A program made the position numbers and the translations under genes. DNA of 64,000 nucleotides from an uncultured Bacilli bacterium (lineage in GTDB: Bacteria; Bacillota_I; Bacilli_A; RFN20; CAG-449). Shown one piece after another: positions 27,304 through 36,730 of the stretch; positions within the stretch are counted from its first letter, which is position 1, and every line of letters starts with the position of its first letter. The stretch covers positions 4,923 through 68,922 of the forward strand of contig CANRPC010000006.1 of NCBI GenBank assembly GCA_947632435.1, written 5' to 3'. The notes beneath the pieces were generated by a model. It saw nothing but the letters and a program-made list of their open reading frames with translations. It had not been told where the DNA came from and did not search any database.

Positions 27304-28701
27304 ATGCCTGAATTACCTGAAGTAGAAACTGTAAGAAAATATCTTTCAATCGGAATTAAAGGGAAAAAGATTGAAAAGGTAAATATTATTGACAAAAGAA
27401 TAACAAGTTTATCAAAACTTGATTTAAAATTATTAAATGGTCAAAAAATAATTGATATTGATAGAAAAGGTAAATATTTAATTTTTATTTTTGAAGATTA
27501 TATAATGCTATCACATTTACGTATGGAAGGAAAGTATTATTTATATCATGAAAATGAAGAAAATAGTAAATATGCTAGAGTTATTTTTAATCTCAATGAA
27601 AATTTGAAATTAATTTACGATGATGTTCGTCGTTTTGGAAAAATGCAACTTTTCAAAAAAGAAAATTTTGATATTCATATTGCTTTACCAAATCTTGGAA
27701 ATGAACCATTTGATTATGATAAGGAAACTTTTTTTAAAATTATCCATAAACAAAAAAAAGAAATTAAAACTTTATTACTAGATCAATCTATAATCGCAGG
27801 AATAGGAAATATCTATGCTGATGAAATTCTTTTTAAAGCAAAAATATCTCCATTTAAATGTGGTTTTGAATTATCAAAACAAGATACAGATAATATATTA
27901 TTTTACGCGATAGAAACTCTTAATGAAGCAATATTACTAGGTGGTTCAACAATTAGAAGTTATCATCCTTCTAGAGATATAAATGGTCGTTTTCAACAGC
28001 AACTTTTAGCATATGGACGAGAAAAAAAGCCTTGTCTTATTTGTAATCATAAAATGATTAAACGTTTTTTACATGGTCGAAGTCTAACATATTGCCCTAA
28101 TTGCCAACATGTAGGAAAAGTTGTAGCAATATATGGTAAAATTGCTTCTGGTAAATCTTCTATCTTAAAAATGTTTCAAAATGATAATTATCCATGCTTT
28201 TCAAGCGATGATGAAGTTGATAAATTATATAAAAACGATATTAATTTTACATTAAAATGTGTTAACTTGTTTCACGAAGAATGCTTAAATAGTAACAATA
28301 AAGTTTCTAAAGAATATGTAAAACAAGTAATTATACAAGATTCTCAAAAGAAGAAAGAATTAGAAGGAATAATTCATCCAATAATTCAAAAAAAGGCTAT
28401 TGACTTTATAAAAAAGAATATCGATAAAGAACTTATTATTTTAGAAATACCTTTATTATTTGAAGCAAAAATGGAATCAATCGCAGATTATATTGTTGGC
28501 GTTGATGTTTCTGACTATATGCAAATTCAAAATTTAAAAACAAGAAATTCAATTTCCATAACAAATGATCTTATTTTAAATAAAAATAATTCATTCAACA
28601 AAAATATTGCTAAATGTGATTTTGTAATTGAAAATAATTCTACATTAGAGGATTTAAAAAAGAAATATGAAGAATTAAAGAATTTTTTAATTAATGTTTA
28701 A
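27304..28701 (+). CDS. mutM-coaE: Fusion protein: formamidopyrimidine-DNA glycosylase (MutM/Fpg) joined to dephospho-CoA kinase (CoaE).
   Basis: The N-terminus PELPEVETVRKYL and the zinc finger CLICNHK..16 aa..CPNCQH complete a Fpg domain. A CoaE P-loop VVAIYGKIASGKSS follows in the same frame with no intervening stop. Confidence 0.75.
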   Translation: MPELPEVETVRKYLSIGIKGKKIEKVNIIDKRITSLSKLDLKLLNGQKIIDIDRKGKYLIFIFEDYIMLSHLRMEGKYYLYHENEENSKYARVIFNLNENLKLIYDDVRRFGKMQLFKKENFDIHIALPNLGNEPFDYDKETFFKIIHKQKKEIKTLLLDQSIIAGIGNIYADEILFKAKISPFKCGFELSKQDTDNILFYAIETLNEAILLGGSTIRSYHPSRDINGRFQQQLLAYGREKKPCLICNHKMIKRFLHGRSLTYCPNCQHVGKVVAIYGKIASGKSSILKMFQNDNYPCFSSDDEVDKLYKNDINFTLKCVNLFHEECLNSNNKVSKEYVKQVIIQDSQKKKELEGIIHPIIQKKAIDFIKKNIDKELIILEIPLLFEAKMESIADYIVGVDVSDYMQIQNLKTRNSISITNDLILNKNNSFNKNIAKCDFVIENNSTLEDLKKKYEELKNFLINV

Positions 28702-29021
28702 TATCCTAAAATGACATATAAAAGAATTTCGATAGTCTCATCTTTTTGATTTAACGTTTTATGATAATCATGGCAAATAGTAAATGAAAATATTGCACCA
28801 TTTTCTGCATGATCTTCTTGATATTTTAGATAAATATCATTTTCTTTTAAAATTTCTTTTAACTCATTAGTAATGCCTAAATCTTTTCTTATTTTTGATT
28901 TAACAAACTCAATATTTTCTAGTAAGGTGTTATAACAATAGTAATAATTTCCTAAATCATATATAAATACTAACATAAATAAAATAAATACTAACTTAGT
29001 AAAATAGTAGATTTTTTTCAT
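28698..29021 (-). CDS. Hypothetical small membrane-anchored protein, the last gene of a 5-gene leftward operon.
   Basis: 107 aa with an N-terminal transmembrane segment. Overlaps the upstream gene by 4 bp. Confidence 0.4.
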   Translation of the reverse strand: MKKIYYFTKLVFILFMLVFIYDLGNYYYCYNTLLENIEFVKSKIRKDLGITNELKEILKENDIYLKYQEDHAENGAIFSFTICHDYHKTLNQKDETIEILLYVILGY

Positions 29022-30031
29022 GCATAAAACCTCAAAAAAATAAATAACAAAATTGGTAAAGCAAAATATATTAAAGAAGTGTTTTTTCGATAGTAATTTA
29101 GTAAATAATTATTATTTTTTAATGAATCATTTTCTTCTTTAATAAGTTCATTTTTTATTAATATTTGAGATATTTCTTTATCAAAAGTATTTTTTATTTT
29201 AAAGTCATCTAAATGATTTAAAATAGTAATTTTTTTGTTTTGCATTTTTTCTTGAATTTTAGGAAATTCTAAACAAGTTTTATCAAATGCATCAAATGGT
29301 AAAATGTAAAAACATTTTAGATAAAATTGTTGAAAAAAATTAATTTTGATATTTTTTTTATAAAAATAAAAACAATAACTATAATACGTAAAATAAAAAA
29401 TTATTTTTATAATAACTGCTAAATTTATCAAAAATATATTTATATTTATTAAAGGTAATATCATTGTAATTAATACATCCATAAATAAAGAAATAATTAA
29501 CAGAAATTTGATATCAATTAAAGAATTTTTAATTTCTTCATTTTGCTTTTCTTGCAAAAAAATAGAAATTTGATTCCTCATTTTTTTTAAAATATCATTT
29601 TGTTTTTTGCTTAACATTGCATCTATAAAATATGAACAATAAGGAAGATTAATTTTTATTTTTATTTCTTCTATTTTGTTTTCAATACTATTTTCATTTA
29701 ATGGAATAGCAAATACTTTTTCAAAAGAATTAATTATTTTTTCCTCTTTTGAAATATTTTGAGTATTTTGAAAAATACTATCCGTAAAAATTAAAAATTT
29801 TTTATTTAAAAGACAATTTTTGCTTATTAAATTCAAAACGTAATTATCAAAAATAAAAATAATACTTAAAATTAAACAACTAAATATTATTTTCACATAT
29901 TTATTAATAATTATAAGATCTAAAATTAAATAAATTAATATTGCAATAAATATATTACTTATAAATGATATGTAAGAGAAAACTGAATCTCTTTTTTGTT
30001 CTTGTAATAGTTTTTTTGATAATTTAGGCAT
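29018..30031 (-). CDS. Hypothetical polytopic membrane protein.
   Basis: 337 aa with at least 4 transmembrane segments. Strong RBS AAAGGAGGT before ATG 30031. Confidence 0.5.
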   Translation of the reverse strand: MPKLSKKLLQEQKRDSVFSYISFISNIFIAILIYLILDLIIINKYVKIIFSCLILSIIFIFDNYVLNLISKNCLLNKKFLIFTDSIFQNTQNISKEEKIINSFEKVFAIPLNENSIENKIEEIKIKINLPYCSYFIDAMLSKKQNDILKKMRNQISIFLQEKQNEEIKNSLIDIKFLLIISLFMDVLITMILPLININIFLINLAVIIKIIFYFTYYSYCFYFYKKNIKINFFQQFYLKCFYILPFDAFDKTCLEFPKIQEKMQNKKITILNHLDDFKIKNTFDKEISQILIKNELIKEENDSLKNNNYLLNYYRKNTSLIYFALPILLFIFLRFYA

Positions 30032-30345
30032 ACTTTAACCTCCTTTAAAGTTACTTCATCAAATAAATATCCAAATTGTAAATTTGCATTATCAAAATAA
30101 TTGTTAAAAGATTTTTTTAGTAAATCATTTAATGTAACTTCAAAAATTTTTTCATCAAAAGAAACTATATTTAAATCAAATTTGAGACTATAGTTTAATG
30201 CATTTATAACATCTGTTTTAAATATTTTTTCAATTTTTGCATCATAAAGATTATAAAATACCAAATTATAGAAAACTGATGGAGATATTAAATAAAAAAT
30301 TATTTTAAAAAAGAGTATAATTTTTTTCATATATAATTTCTCCAT
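29959..30345 (-). CDS. Hypothetical small protein with an N-terminal signal peptide or membrane anchor.
   Basis: 128 aa. Overlaps both neighbouring genes. The real start may be MKKIILFF at 30330. Confidence 0.35.
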   Translation of the reverse strand: MEKLYMKKIILFFKIIFYLISPSVFYNLVFYNLYDAKIEKIFKTDVINALNYSLKFDLNIVSFDEKIFEVTLNDLLKKSFNNYFDNANLQFGYLFDEVTLKEVKVCLNYQKNYYKNKKEIQFSLTYHL

Positions 30346-31177
30346 TACCAGAAGTAATTTCTACGCAAGACAATAAATCAGTTTTTAAGCTTATCTCTAT
30401 TGGAAAAAGGAAATTAGTATCTTCTATAGTAATAGCCATTAAAAAACTGATATTTTTTAAATTGAAATTTGATGGAAAAATTATTTCTTCTGTAAGCTCA
30501 TTTTTACTTAAATACATTTGATCATGAAATTTATCATATGAATAAATTTTTTTTAAATTCATATTATATATATCTTCATTTAAATTGATATCTAAATAAA
30601 AACAATAATTAACTAAATTATATGGTATATTAATAAACGTTCCTTCATCTACAAAGACATAAAGTACTGAATAAATATTTTTAATATCTATAAAATTAGA
30701 TATTTTAAAATAAGGCAACATAGAAATTTTAAAATACGAAATATTATCTAAATAAATATTTTTATTATAATTCATAAAGGTAATACTTTTACTTAAATTA
30801 CCATGTATAACTGAGCAATTGGAACTTAAACTTACTAAATAATAACCAATAAAATACTCAAGTTCATCCACGATAATATTTTTATAATTACCATTATTTC
30901 TTAATTCTAAATATGCTCTTCCTGACTCAGAAGTAACTATTATTGAATAAACGTTTTTTGATGCACTTTTAGGAATAGTAATAACATCTGTTGAGCTTTG
31001 AATATAATCTTTTCCATCAACTTCAAACCTTAATTTTTCTGAATTTTGACTTTGCACAATTATTCTAATATAACTATTACTATTTTCAATAATTTGCGCA
31101 TAATAATTTTCTACATCATTTAAATTAAGTAAAGAAAAAGCAAAAAAATAAGGTAAATATCTTTTTAATAAATGCAA
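30305..31177 (-). CDS. Hypothetical secreted protein.
   Basis: 290 aa. Signal peptide MHLLKRYLPYFFAFSLLNLN. TTG start with a GAGGA RBS. Confidence 0.45.
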   Translation of the reverse strand: MHLLKRYLPYFFAFSLLNLNDVENYYAQIIENSNSYIRIIVQSQNSEKLRFEVDGKDYIQSSTDVITIPKSASKNVYSIIVTSESGRAYLELRNNGNYKNIIVDELEYFIGYYLVSLSSNCSVIHGNLSKSITFMNYNKNIYLDNISYFKISMLPYFKISNFIDIKNIYSVLYVFVDEGTFINIPYNLVNYCFYLDINLNEDIYNMNLKKIYSYDKFHDQMYLSKNELTEEIIFPSNFNLKNISFLMAITIEDTNFLFPIEISLKTDLLSCVEITSGNGEIIYEKNYTLF

Positions 31178-31518
31178 AGAAATTCCTCGATTGCTTTCTT
31201 TCTTATGCGATAAAAAGTTGATCTTGTATAATCACGCATCCACCAAAATTTTTCAACTGGAAAAAAATATTCATTCCAAATAATCATAGCTCTTTTTCTA
31301 TCCATAGATGAAAGTACAAAATTAATTCTTAAAATTTCACGTTTTTCTTCGGCTAATTTATCGTTGTTGATATTAATAAACCTTTTTTGAACTTCATGTG
31401 CAGAATCAAATAGCATTAAATCTTCGTTGTTAAAATTGTCATTTTTCATGCATATGCTTAAATCTTTTTTATATTTTAAAGCAATATCTTTTATTTTACA
31501 TTCACATGTATCTATCAT
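31165..31518 (-). CDS. Small sigma-70 region-4-like / ArpU-RinA-like putative transcription activator.
   Basis: 117 aa. C-terminus WWMRDYTRSTFYRIRKKAIEEF resembles an ECF sigma region-4 HTH. First gene of the operon. Confidence 0.4.
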   Translation of the reverse strand: MIDTCECKIKDIALKYKKDLSICMKNDNFNNEDLMLFDSAHEVQKRFININNDKLAEEKREILRINFVLSSMDRKRAMIIWNEYFFPVEKFWWMRDYTRSTFYRIRKKAIEEFLCIY

Positions 31519-31838
31519 ATTTACCTATCTCCTTTGTATACATATACAATAAAACTTTTTTATCAAAATTTAAACAATTTTTTTAAAAATGTTACATTTT
31601 TTTACAAAAGTCTTATTTATTGTTTATTTTTATTTCATTTTTATCTCATATTTTTACTTTTGATTACAATTTTTACAAATTTTAATTATTTTATCGCATT
31701 AATTATATAAATATAGATACAAAATTTATTTTTATTGTCATTTAACTTCTTTTTTAATATTATTAATAATTAAATTGTATAACTTGACAATTATTTGTAA
31801 AACAATTAATCTTAATTAGTAAGTTAAAAGGAATTTAT

Positions 31839-32825
31839 ATGATGAAATTATTTAATTTTTTTGCTTTATCTTTATGTTCTCTTACTTTTTTTTCTTGTTC
31901 GCAGAAAAAAAATGAAAAAATATTGAAAACTTACCATGAACAAATTGATTCATTTATTTATGCAGATGATAAAGAGTTAATAGACCTACATAATAATAGC
32001 CAAGATTTTATTTTATTTCTCTATTCCGATTGCGGATGTGGAGGTAATAGTGAAATTGCTATTTCATCATTTAAAGATTATATAAAAGAGAATAAAACAA
32101 TAATATACGCTACTGGTGAAGAAGATTATCTTAATTTACCACTTTCATTAAGCGATGTTTTTCCAAAATATCCTTCTGAAATTAAAGAAAAAGCAAAAAA
32201 AATTCCCTCATTATATTTTTATAAAGATGGGAATCTTATAAAATCTGTTTCTTATTCTTCAAAATTTAATTCTTCAGTAGATATTGCAAAGATAATTGAT
32301 CAATATACGTATTCAAATGGTAAATACTGTTTAAATGATTTAAGCGAATTTAAACATAAAGATGAAATTTTTTATAAATTTGATTATGAAAATACTATTT
32401 ACCTTAATAGCACTATAAATACGAAAAATGCTTGCATATACTTCTATTGGAAAGCTTGCTCTGATTGTTTTTCTTTTAAAACATATGAAAGAAAACTTTT
32501 TGAAAATTATGATAGTAAATTATATTATTTTGATGTAAATTATTTCATTACAAATAGAGATGAACACTGGTATAAAGAAAATAGTTTTCCATTTAAATAC
32601 CAATTTTCTGAATATCGTGGTGGAAAGGTTCCATCGATTGTAAATTTTGTTTCTGGAAAAAAAGAATCATTTATTGTTTATCACAATGATGTAAAAGTTG
32701 ATAATGTAATTACCGAATCATTTTTTGAAGAATTAATTTCTCAAAATTTATCTGAGAAAGAAATAAATGATTACGAAGGTAATAAAGTTATCGAGTATAT
32801 AAAAGAGCATACAAGAAATGAATAA
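31839..32825 (+). CDS. Lipoprotein with two thioredoxin-like Cys motifs (SDCGCGG and WKACSDC).
   Basis: Signal peptide with lipobox-like LTFFSCS. WKACSDC resembles W-C-x-x-C. Confidence 0.5.
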   Translation: MMKLFNFFALSLCSLTFFSCSQKKNEKILKTYHEQIDSFIYADDKELIDLHNNSQDFILFLYSDCGCGGNSEIAISSFKDYIKENKTIIYATGEEDYLNLPLSLSDVFPKYPSEIKEKAKKIPSLYFYKDGNLIKSVSYSSKFNSSVDIAKIIDQYTYSNGKYCLNDLSEFKHKDEIFYKFDYENTIYLNSTINTKNACIYFYWKACSDCFSFKTYERKLFENYDSKLYYFDVNYFITNRDEHWYKENSFPFKYQFSEYRGGKVPSIVNFVSGKKESFIVYHNDVKVDNVITESFFEELISQNLSEKEINDYEGNKVIEYIKEHTRNE

Positions 32826-33549
32826 AGAAGATTTAAACGCAAATATCGGTTTGTATCGATCTTTAGATTTGATACACGATTCTAGAATTTCAGTATTTAC
32901 TAAAGCTGGAAGTAACGCTATATTATTTAGTTTAATTGTTGTTGGTTATTTTATTTCTGGTCAACAAATATTATTTCCCTATAAAAGCACGAAGTTATAC
33001 ATTTTTCAAATTGTTTTAACTTTTCTTCTTATTATGGTTTATTCATTTCTTCATGATTTAATACATTTTATCGCGGGAAAATTGATGCACGTAAAACTTG
33101 AATTAAAATTTAAATATTTATTCCCATATATTAAATACACTAATGATATTGAAAAGAAAAAGAATTATTATTTCACCATTTTAGCGCCATTTGTTTTGTT
33201 TTTAATAATTTTAATTCCATTGCAAATTATCATTTCAATAATTGCTCATGATTGGTTTTGGTTAATTTTTATAATTATAATTCAAAACTTTGTCGTTTCA
33301 ATAGATGATCTTGCTTATGTTATTTATACTATGAAATATAAAAATACATATTTACAAATTAGTGAAACAAATATAAATATTTATTTTGATAAAAAATTAT
33401 TTAAAATGCTTAGAGAAAAAGAAAAAAGAAAAATTTCACAAAAAATTGCTCAAGATGAACTTAAATATAATGAGAAAAAAGCAAAAAAGATATTAATAGA
33501 TGAAAATATTGATCAAGATATTGAAGATCTAAAAAAATTAGATAAATAA
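32818..33549 (+). CDS. Polytopic membrane protein with an HDLIH motif, possibly a DUF3267-like putative membrane zincin.
   Basis: 243 aa. LHDLIHFIAGKLMH lies within a transmembrane region. Overlaps the lipoprotein gene by 8 bp. The family assignment is tentative. Confidence 0.4.
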   Translation: MNKEDLNANIGLYRSLDLIHDSRISVFTKAGSNAILFSLIVVGYFISGQQILFPYKSTKLYIFQIVLTFLLIMVYSFLHDLIHFIAGKLMHVKLELKFKYLFPYIKYTNDIEKKKNYYFTILAPFVLFLIILIPLQIIISIIAHDWFWLIFIIIIQNFVVSIDDLAYVIYTMKYKNTYLQISETNINIYFDKKLFKMLREKEKRKISQKIAQDELKYNEKKAKKILIDENIDQDIEDLKKLDK

Positions 33550-33556
33550 TCAAGAT

Positions 33557-34081
33557 TTAAAGTTGAACAATTGTATAAATAATCATTCCTATTACAAAAA
33601 GTAATATAACAATACGAGAAATAATATAAGGAAATATAACATGTAAAAAAACAGATTTTTTACTTAAAACTTTTTTGTATCTAGGTCGTATAGATAATCC
33701 AATTATACAATATAAAATTGCAAAAATAATTCCGATAGTGTTTAATTGTTTTAATTGTAAAATGTATGCAAATAAAATACTTATGGTAGATAAAATTAAG
33801 CATGTAATTGCAAATATATAACGTTGTTTGGATTTTTTTTCATCATATATTTTTTCTATTTCAATATCTTTATCGGAAATTAAATCATCAATACTTACAT
33901 TAAATAAATTTGAAATAGCTTTTAATATATCAATGGAAGGTAAACCTTTATCAGTTTCCCATTTTGAAATAGCTGTTCTGGTTACAAATATTTTTTCCGC
34001 TAAATCATCCTGAGTTAGATTATTTTCTTTTCTTAATTGTTTTAATTTATCGCTGAATTTAATTTTAAAATCCCCTTTCAC
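33557..34081 (-). CDS. Membrane-tethered XRE-family HTH regulator.
   Basis: HTH LTQDDLAEKIFVTRTAISKWETDKG, followed by 3 or more transmembrane helices. Apparent GTG start with a weak RBS. Confidence 0.65.
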   Translation of the reverse strand: MKGDFKIKFSDKLKQLRKENNLTQDDLAEKIFVTRTAISKWETDKGLPSIDILKAISNLFNVSIDDLISDKDIEIEKIYDEKKSKQRYIFAITCLILSTISILFAYILQLKQLNTIGIIFAILYCIIGLSIRPRYKKVLSKKSVFLHVIFPYIISRIVILLFVIGMIIYTIVQL

Positions 34082-34164
34082 TTATAATAATGTAATTTTA
34101 AAAGTCAAAAGTCACGACACTTTTTCTCACATTAATAAGAATTTATGAGAAATTAAAAGAAAAA

Positions 34165-34205
34165 ACCTAGTAAATAAAATTTATCATTTACTAGGTTAAA
34201 ATTTA
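34165..34205 (-). terminator. Rho-independent terminator: 10-bp stem CCTAGTAAAT...ATTTACTAGG followed by a T-run on the minus strand.
   Basis: Read from the sequence downstream of the 770-aa gene. Confidence 0.55.
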
Positions 34206-34229
34206 TTAAATTTTTAATGTTTTACAAAT

Positions 34230-36542
34230 TTATTGTCTAACAATTTTAAATACTTTACCACCAGTTAAAATAACAAGTTTAGCAGCTGTTGGATCAATTT
34301 CATCACCAATTATAGTAATCTTTTTATCTAATCCTGTTCTAGCTTTAATATTTATTACTTCAATTGTAGAACCAATTTGTTGAGCTTCGCGCAATGTTTC
34401 AACAGAAATAGTATTTTCAACATATTTTAAAGCAGTATCAATATAAACATTTACAACTTCTTCATTTAATGCTTTAGGCATTTTGATGACTGGAATTAAA
34501 TCTAATACTTTATCTGTTAATTGTTCAGCATCTTGTTTAGAAGCAACTTCAGTGAAGGATTTTAATTCACCAACTTTTTCAAGAATAGCAATTCCATCTA
34601 CATCAAGATTTTCTGCAAAATTAACTGGTTCATATTTTGAATTTCTTCTTAAACCACGTATATTAGCAATTTCTTGAATTAATTCAATAGCTCTTCTACA
34701 AGATAAATCAGAACGTATTTTCATGGTAAATGGTACATCTTTGAAGGCTTTCTTTTCACCCATATCAAATTGATGATAACGACCTTCATCATAATTTGCT
34801 GGATCTAATGGTAAATGGATTCTTAATGATTTACCAGAAACAGTCAATTTAGCAAATAATCCTTTTTTACGGAATGATTCTGATTTTTTTGAAATTTTGC
34901 TCTTTGTTCTATAAGCAAGTAATTCATTTTTAATTAAGGAATAATAATCTTTTACTTTTGGTGAAGTAAATTTAATTTTATTTTCAAAACTACGTTTAGC
35001 AATAACTAATTTATTTGAATCTTCAAGAATATCTTCAGGAGTAACAATTGGTTCAATAATAGTGTTGTCTTCAGCTAACTCTTCTGTTGATTCTTCTTTT
35101 ACTTCTTCAACAGGCTCTTCAACAGGTTCTTGAGCTACGACTTCTTCAATTGCTTCTTGTTCTTGAGGTTCTTCTTCAACAACTTCTTCTACTTTAGTTC
35201 TATTGTCGACAACTGCAATTTCTTTATCATTACAATAAGCACGAATCTTATCATCATCAATAGTAACTCTAATTTTCAAAGAAATGACATCGTCTTCAAT
35301 TGGTTCAGGTACTACAACATCAACTTTGTAAATTCGTAATACTGTTAATGCAGCACATACAACAAATGGAACAAGAACTAATAAAATTCTTCCAACAGTG
35401 AAATACTTAATCATGACGTATGAAGCAAGTGTGGAAGCAACAACACCTGATAATAAAACAAAATCAACTAAATTAACTTTATTATCAAATAAGCCTTTCT
35501 TAAATAATCCTATTACAAATAACACAGCAGCAATTGCTAATAATAAGATAATTATTGAAGCAAATATTGCAGTTGATTTTACATCAAATACATGACGTAA
35601 ACTTTTTAAACTACAGAAGTCAATTAAAAGTCCAATTGCAAGTCCTAATAATACAGGGCATGATGCTCCAAATTTTTCAAATACAAGACCATAATAATTT
35701 CTTGGTCCTTTTTTCTCTAGTTCAACAGGAACATTATATGAAACAAAAACGCTACGAACAAATAATGTCAAAGTAAGCATTCCAAATCCAGCTGCCCAAA
35801 TGACATCATTACGAACTCTACGAGTTGTAAGTAATAATCCACCAATGAACATTACATATACAAATAAAACATTTAAAACAGCGTCGATAACATTTACTCT
35901 AGTTTTCTTGCCTCGTAAAATTGTTGCAATAAATGCAAGTACGCAAAAAGCAACAATTGCTCCAGCTGCTATAACAATCATATTTTTGGACACAACGCCT
36001 CTAATATCACTATAAAATTTAAGAGTCAAAAATCCTAATATAGCAGGGACAAGATAGATAATTACTGGATTATATTTTCTTGCAACTAATGCATGATAAT
36101 GTTTAATCGGTAAAACATCAGATTCACCTTCGGCATTATTTGCAAAATAAATAGCTCTAACAATAAGTAAAATTAAACTAACAGCTAATGTTCCACTCCA
36201 TAATATTGTCATCATTTTCGAACAATCATTAATTAATGTCGCGGCTAAACCGCCAAGAGATGAAACAAAAGTTCCAAATAGTACAGCATCACTTCTAATT
36301 ATCTTTTTTTGTTTTATAGTTAAAACCAAATACAATAATAATGCAACCACACATACAACTAGACCTGCTTTGCAAAGTGGTAAAATATAATTAGACATTG
36401 CAAAAGAAGAAAAACGGCCTAATAAATTATGGTGATCAACATAATACAAAGCGCATGCAAAAACTAACCCTAAAAATGATGCTATAACAACATCAACAGA
36501 CTTAAATAGGGATTTAAAATAAGATTTTCTAGTTTTTTCCAT
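34230..36542 (-). CDS. Large polytopic membrane protein: about 12 transmembrane segments, an acidic E/P/V-rich linker, and a C-terminal globular domain of roughly 300 aa. Hypothetical.
   Basis: 770 aa. RBS AAGGAG. Linker EEVVEEEPQEQEAIEEVVAQEPVEEPVEEVKEE. No recognisable catalytic motif. Confidence 0.55.
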   Translation of the reverse strand: MEKTRKSYFKSLFKSVDVVIASFLGLVFACALYYVDHHNLLGRFSSFAMSNYILPLCKAGLVVCVVALLLYLVLTIKQKKIIRSDAVLFGTFVSSLGGLAATLINDCSKMMTILWSGTLAVSLILLIVRAIYFANNAEGESDVLPIKHYHALVARKYNPVIIYLVPAILGFLTLKFYSDIRGVVSKNMIVIAAGAIVAFCVLAFIATILRGKKTRVNVIDAVLNVLFVYVMFIGGLLLTTRRVRNDVIWAAGFGMLTLTLFVRSVFVSYNVPVELEKKGPRNYYGLVFEKFGASCPVLLGLAIGLLIDFCSLKSLRHVFDVKSTAIFASIIILLLAIAAVLFVIGLFKKGLFDNKVNLVDFVLLSGVVASTLASYVMIKYFTVGRILLVLVPFVVCAALTVLRIYKVDVVVPEPIEDDVISLKIRVTIDDDKIRAYCNDKEIAVVDNRTKVEEVVEEEPQEQEAIEEVVAQEPVEEPVEEVKEESTEELAEDNTIIEPIVTPEDILEDSNKLVIAKRSFENKIKFTSPKVKDYYSLIKNELLAYRTKSKISKKSESFRKKGLFAKLTVSGKSLRIHLPLDPANYDEGRYHQFDMGEKKAFKDVPFTMKIRSDLSCRRAIELIQEIANIRGLRRNSKYEPVNFAENLDVDGIAILEKVGELKSFTEVASKQDAEQLTDKVLDLIPVIKMPKALNEEVVNVYIDTALKYVENTISVETLREAQQIGSTIEVINIKARTGLDKKITIIGDEIDPTAAKLVILTGGKVFKIVRQ

Positions 36543-36730
36543 AATTTTAACTCCTTCGTATATACTAAAATTTTATGCCTTTTCAATATTTTTTTCAATA
36601 TCTTTGGCAAAAAAAACAGTACAATAATATGGTTTTTTTGATATTTTTATGAATTTAATTATTCAAAATAAAATATTATTGCAAAGTTACAGTTAAATTT
36701 ATGCAATTAAGTACCCTTTTTTAACATAAA

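Noticed and set aside
34483-36015. Several plus-strand ORFs of 64-73 aa inside the 770-aa membrane protein gene. The same pattern is seen inside the atp, U32 and giant genes (for example 57143..57533 and 59849..60094).
   Set aside because: Antisense shadow ORFs within long supported ORFs.
34230-36542. Apparent higher GC content of the 770-aa gene as a sign of recent horizontal transfer.
   Set aside because: Other conserved core genes in this window (atpD, atpA, alaS) show similar or higher local GC. The difference is within the normal range for coding regions in this genome.
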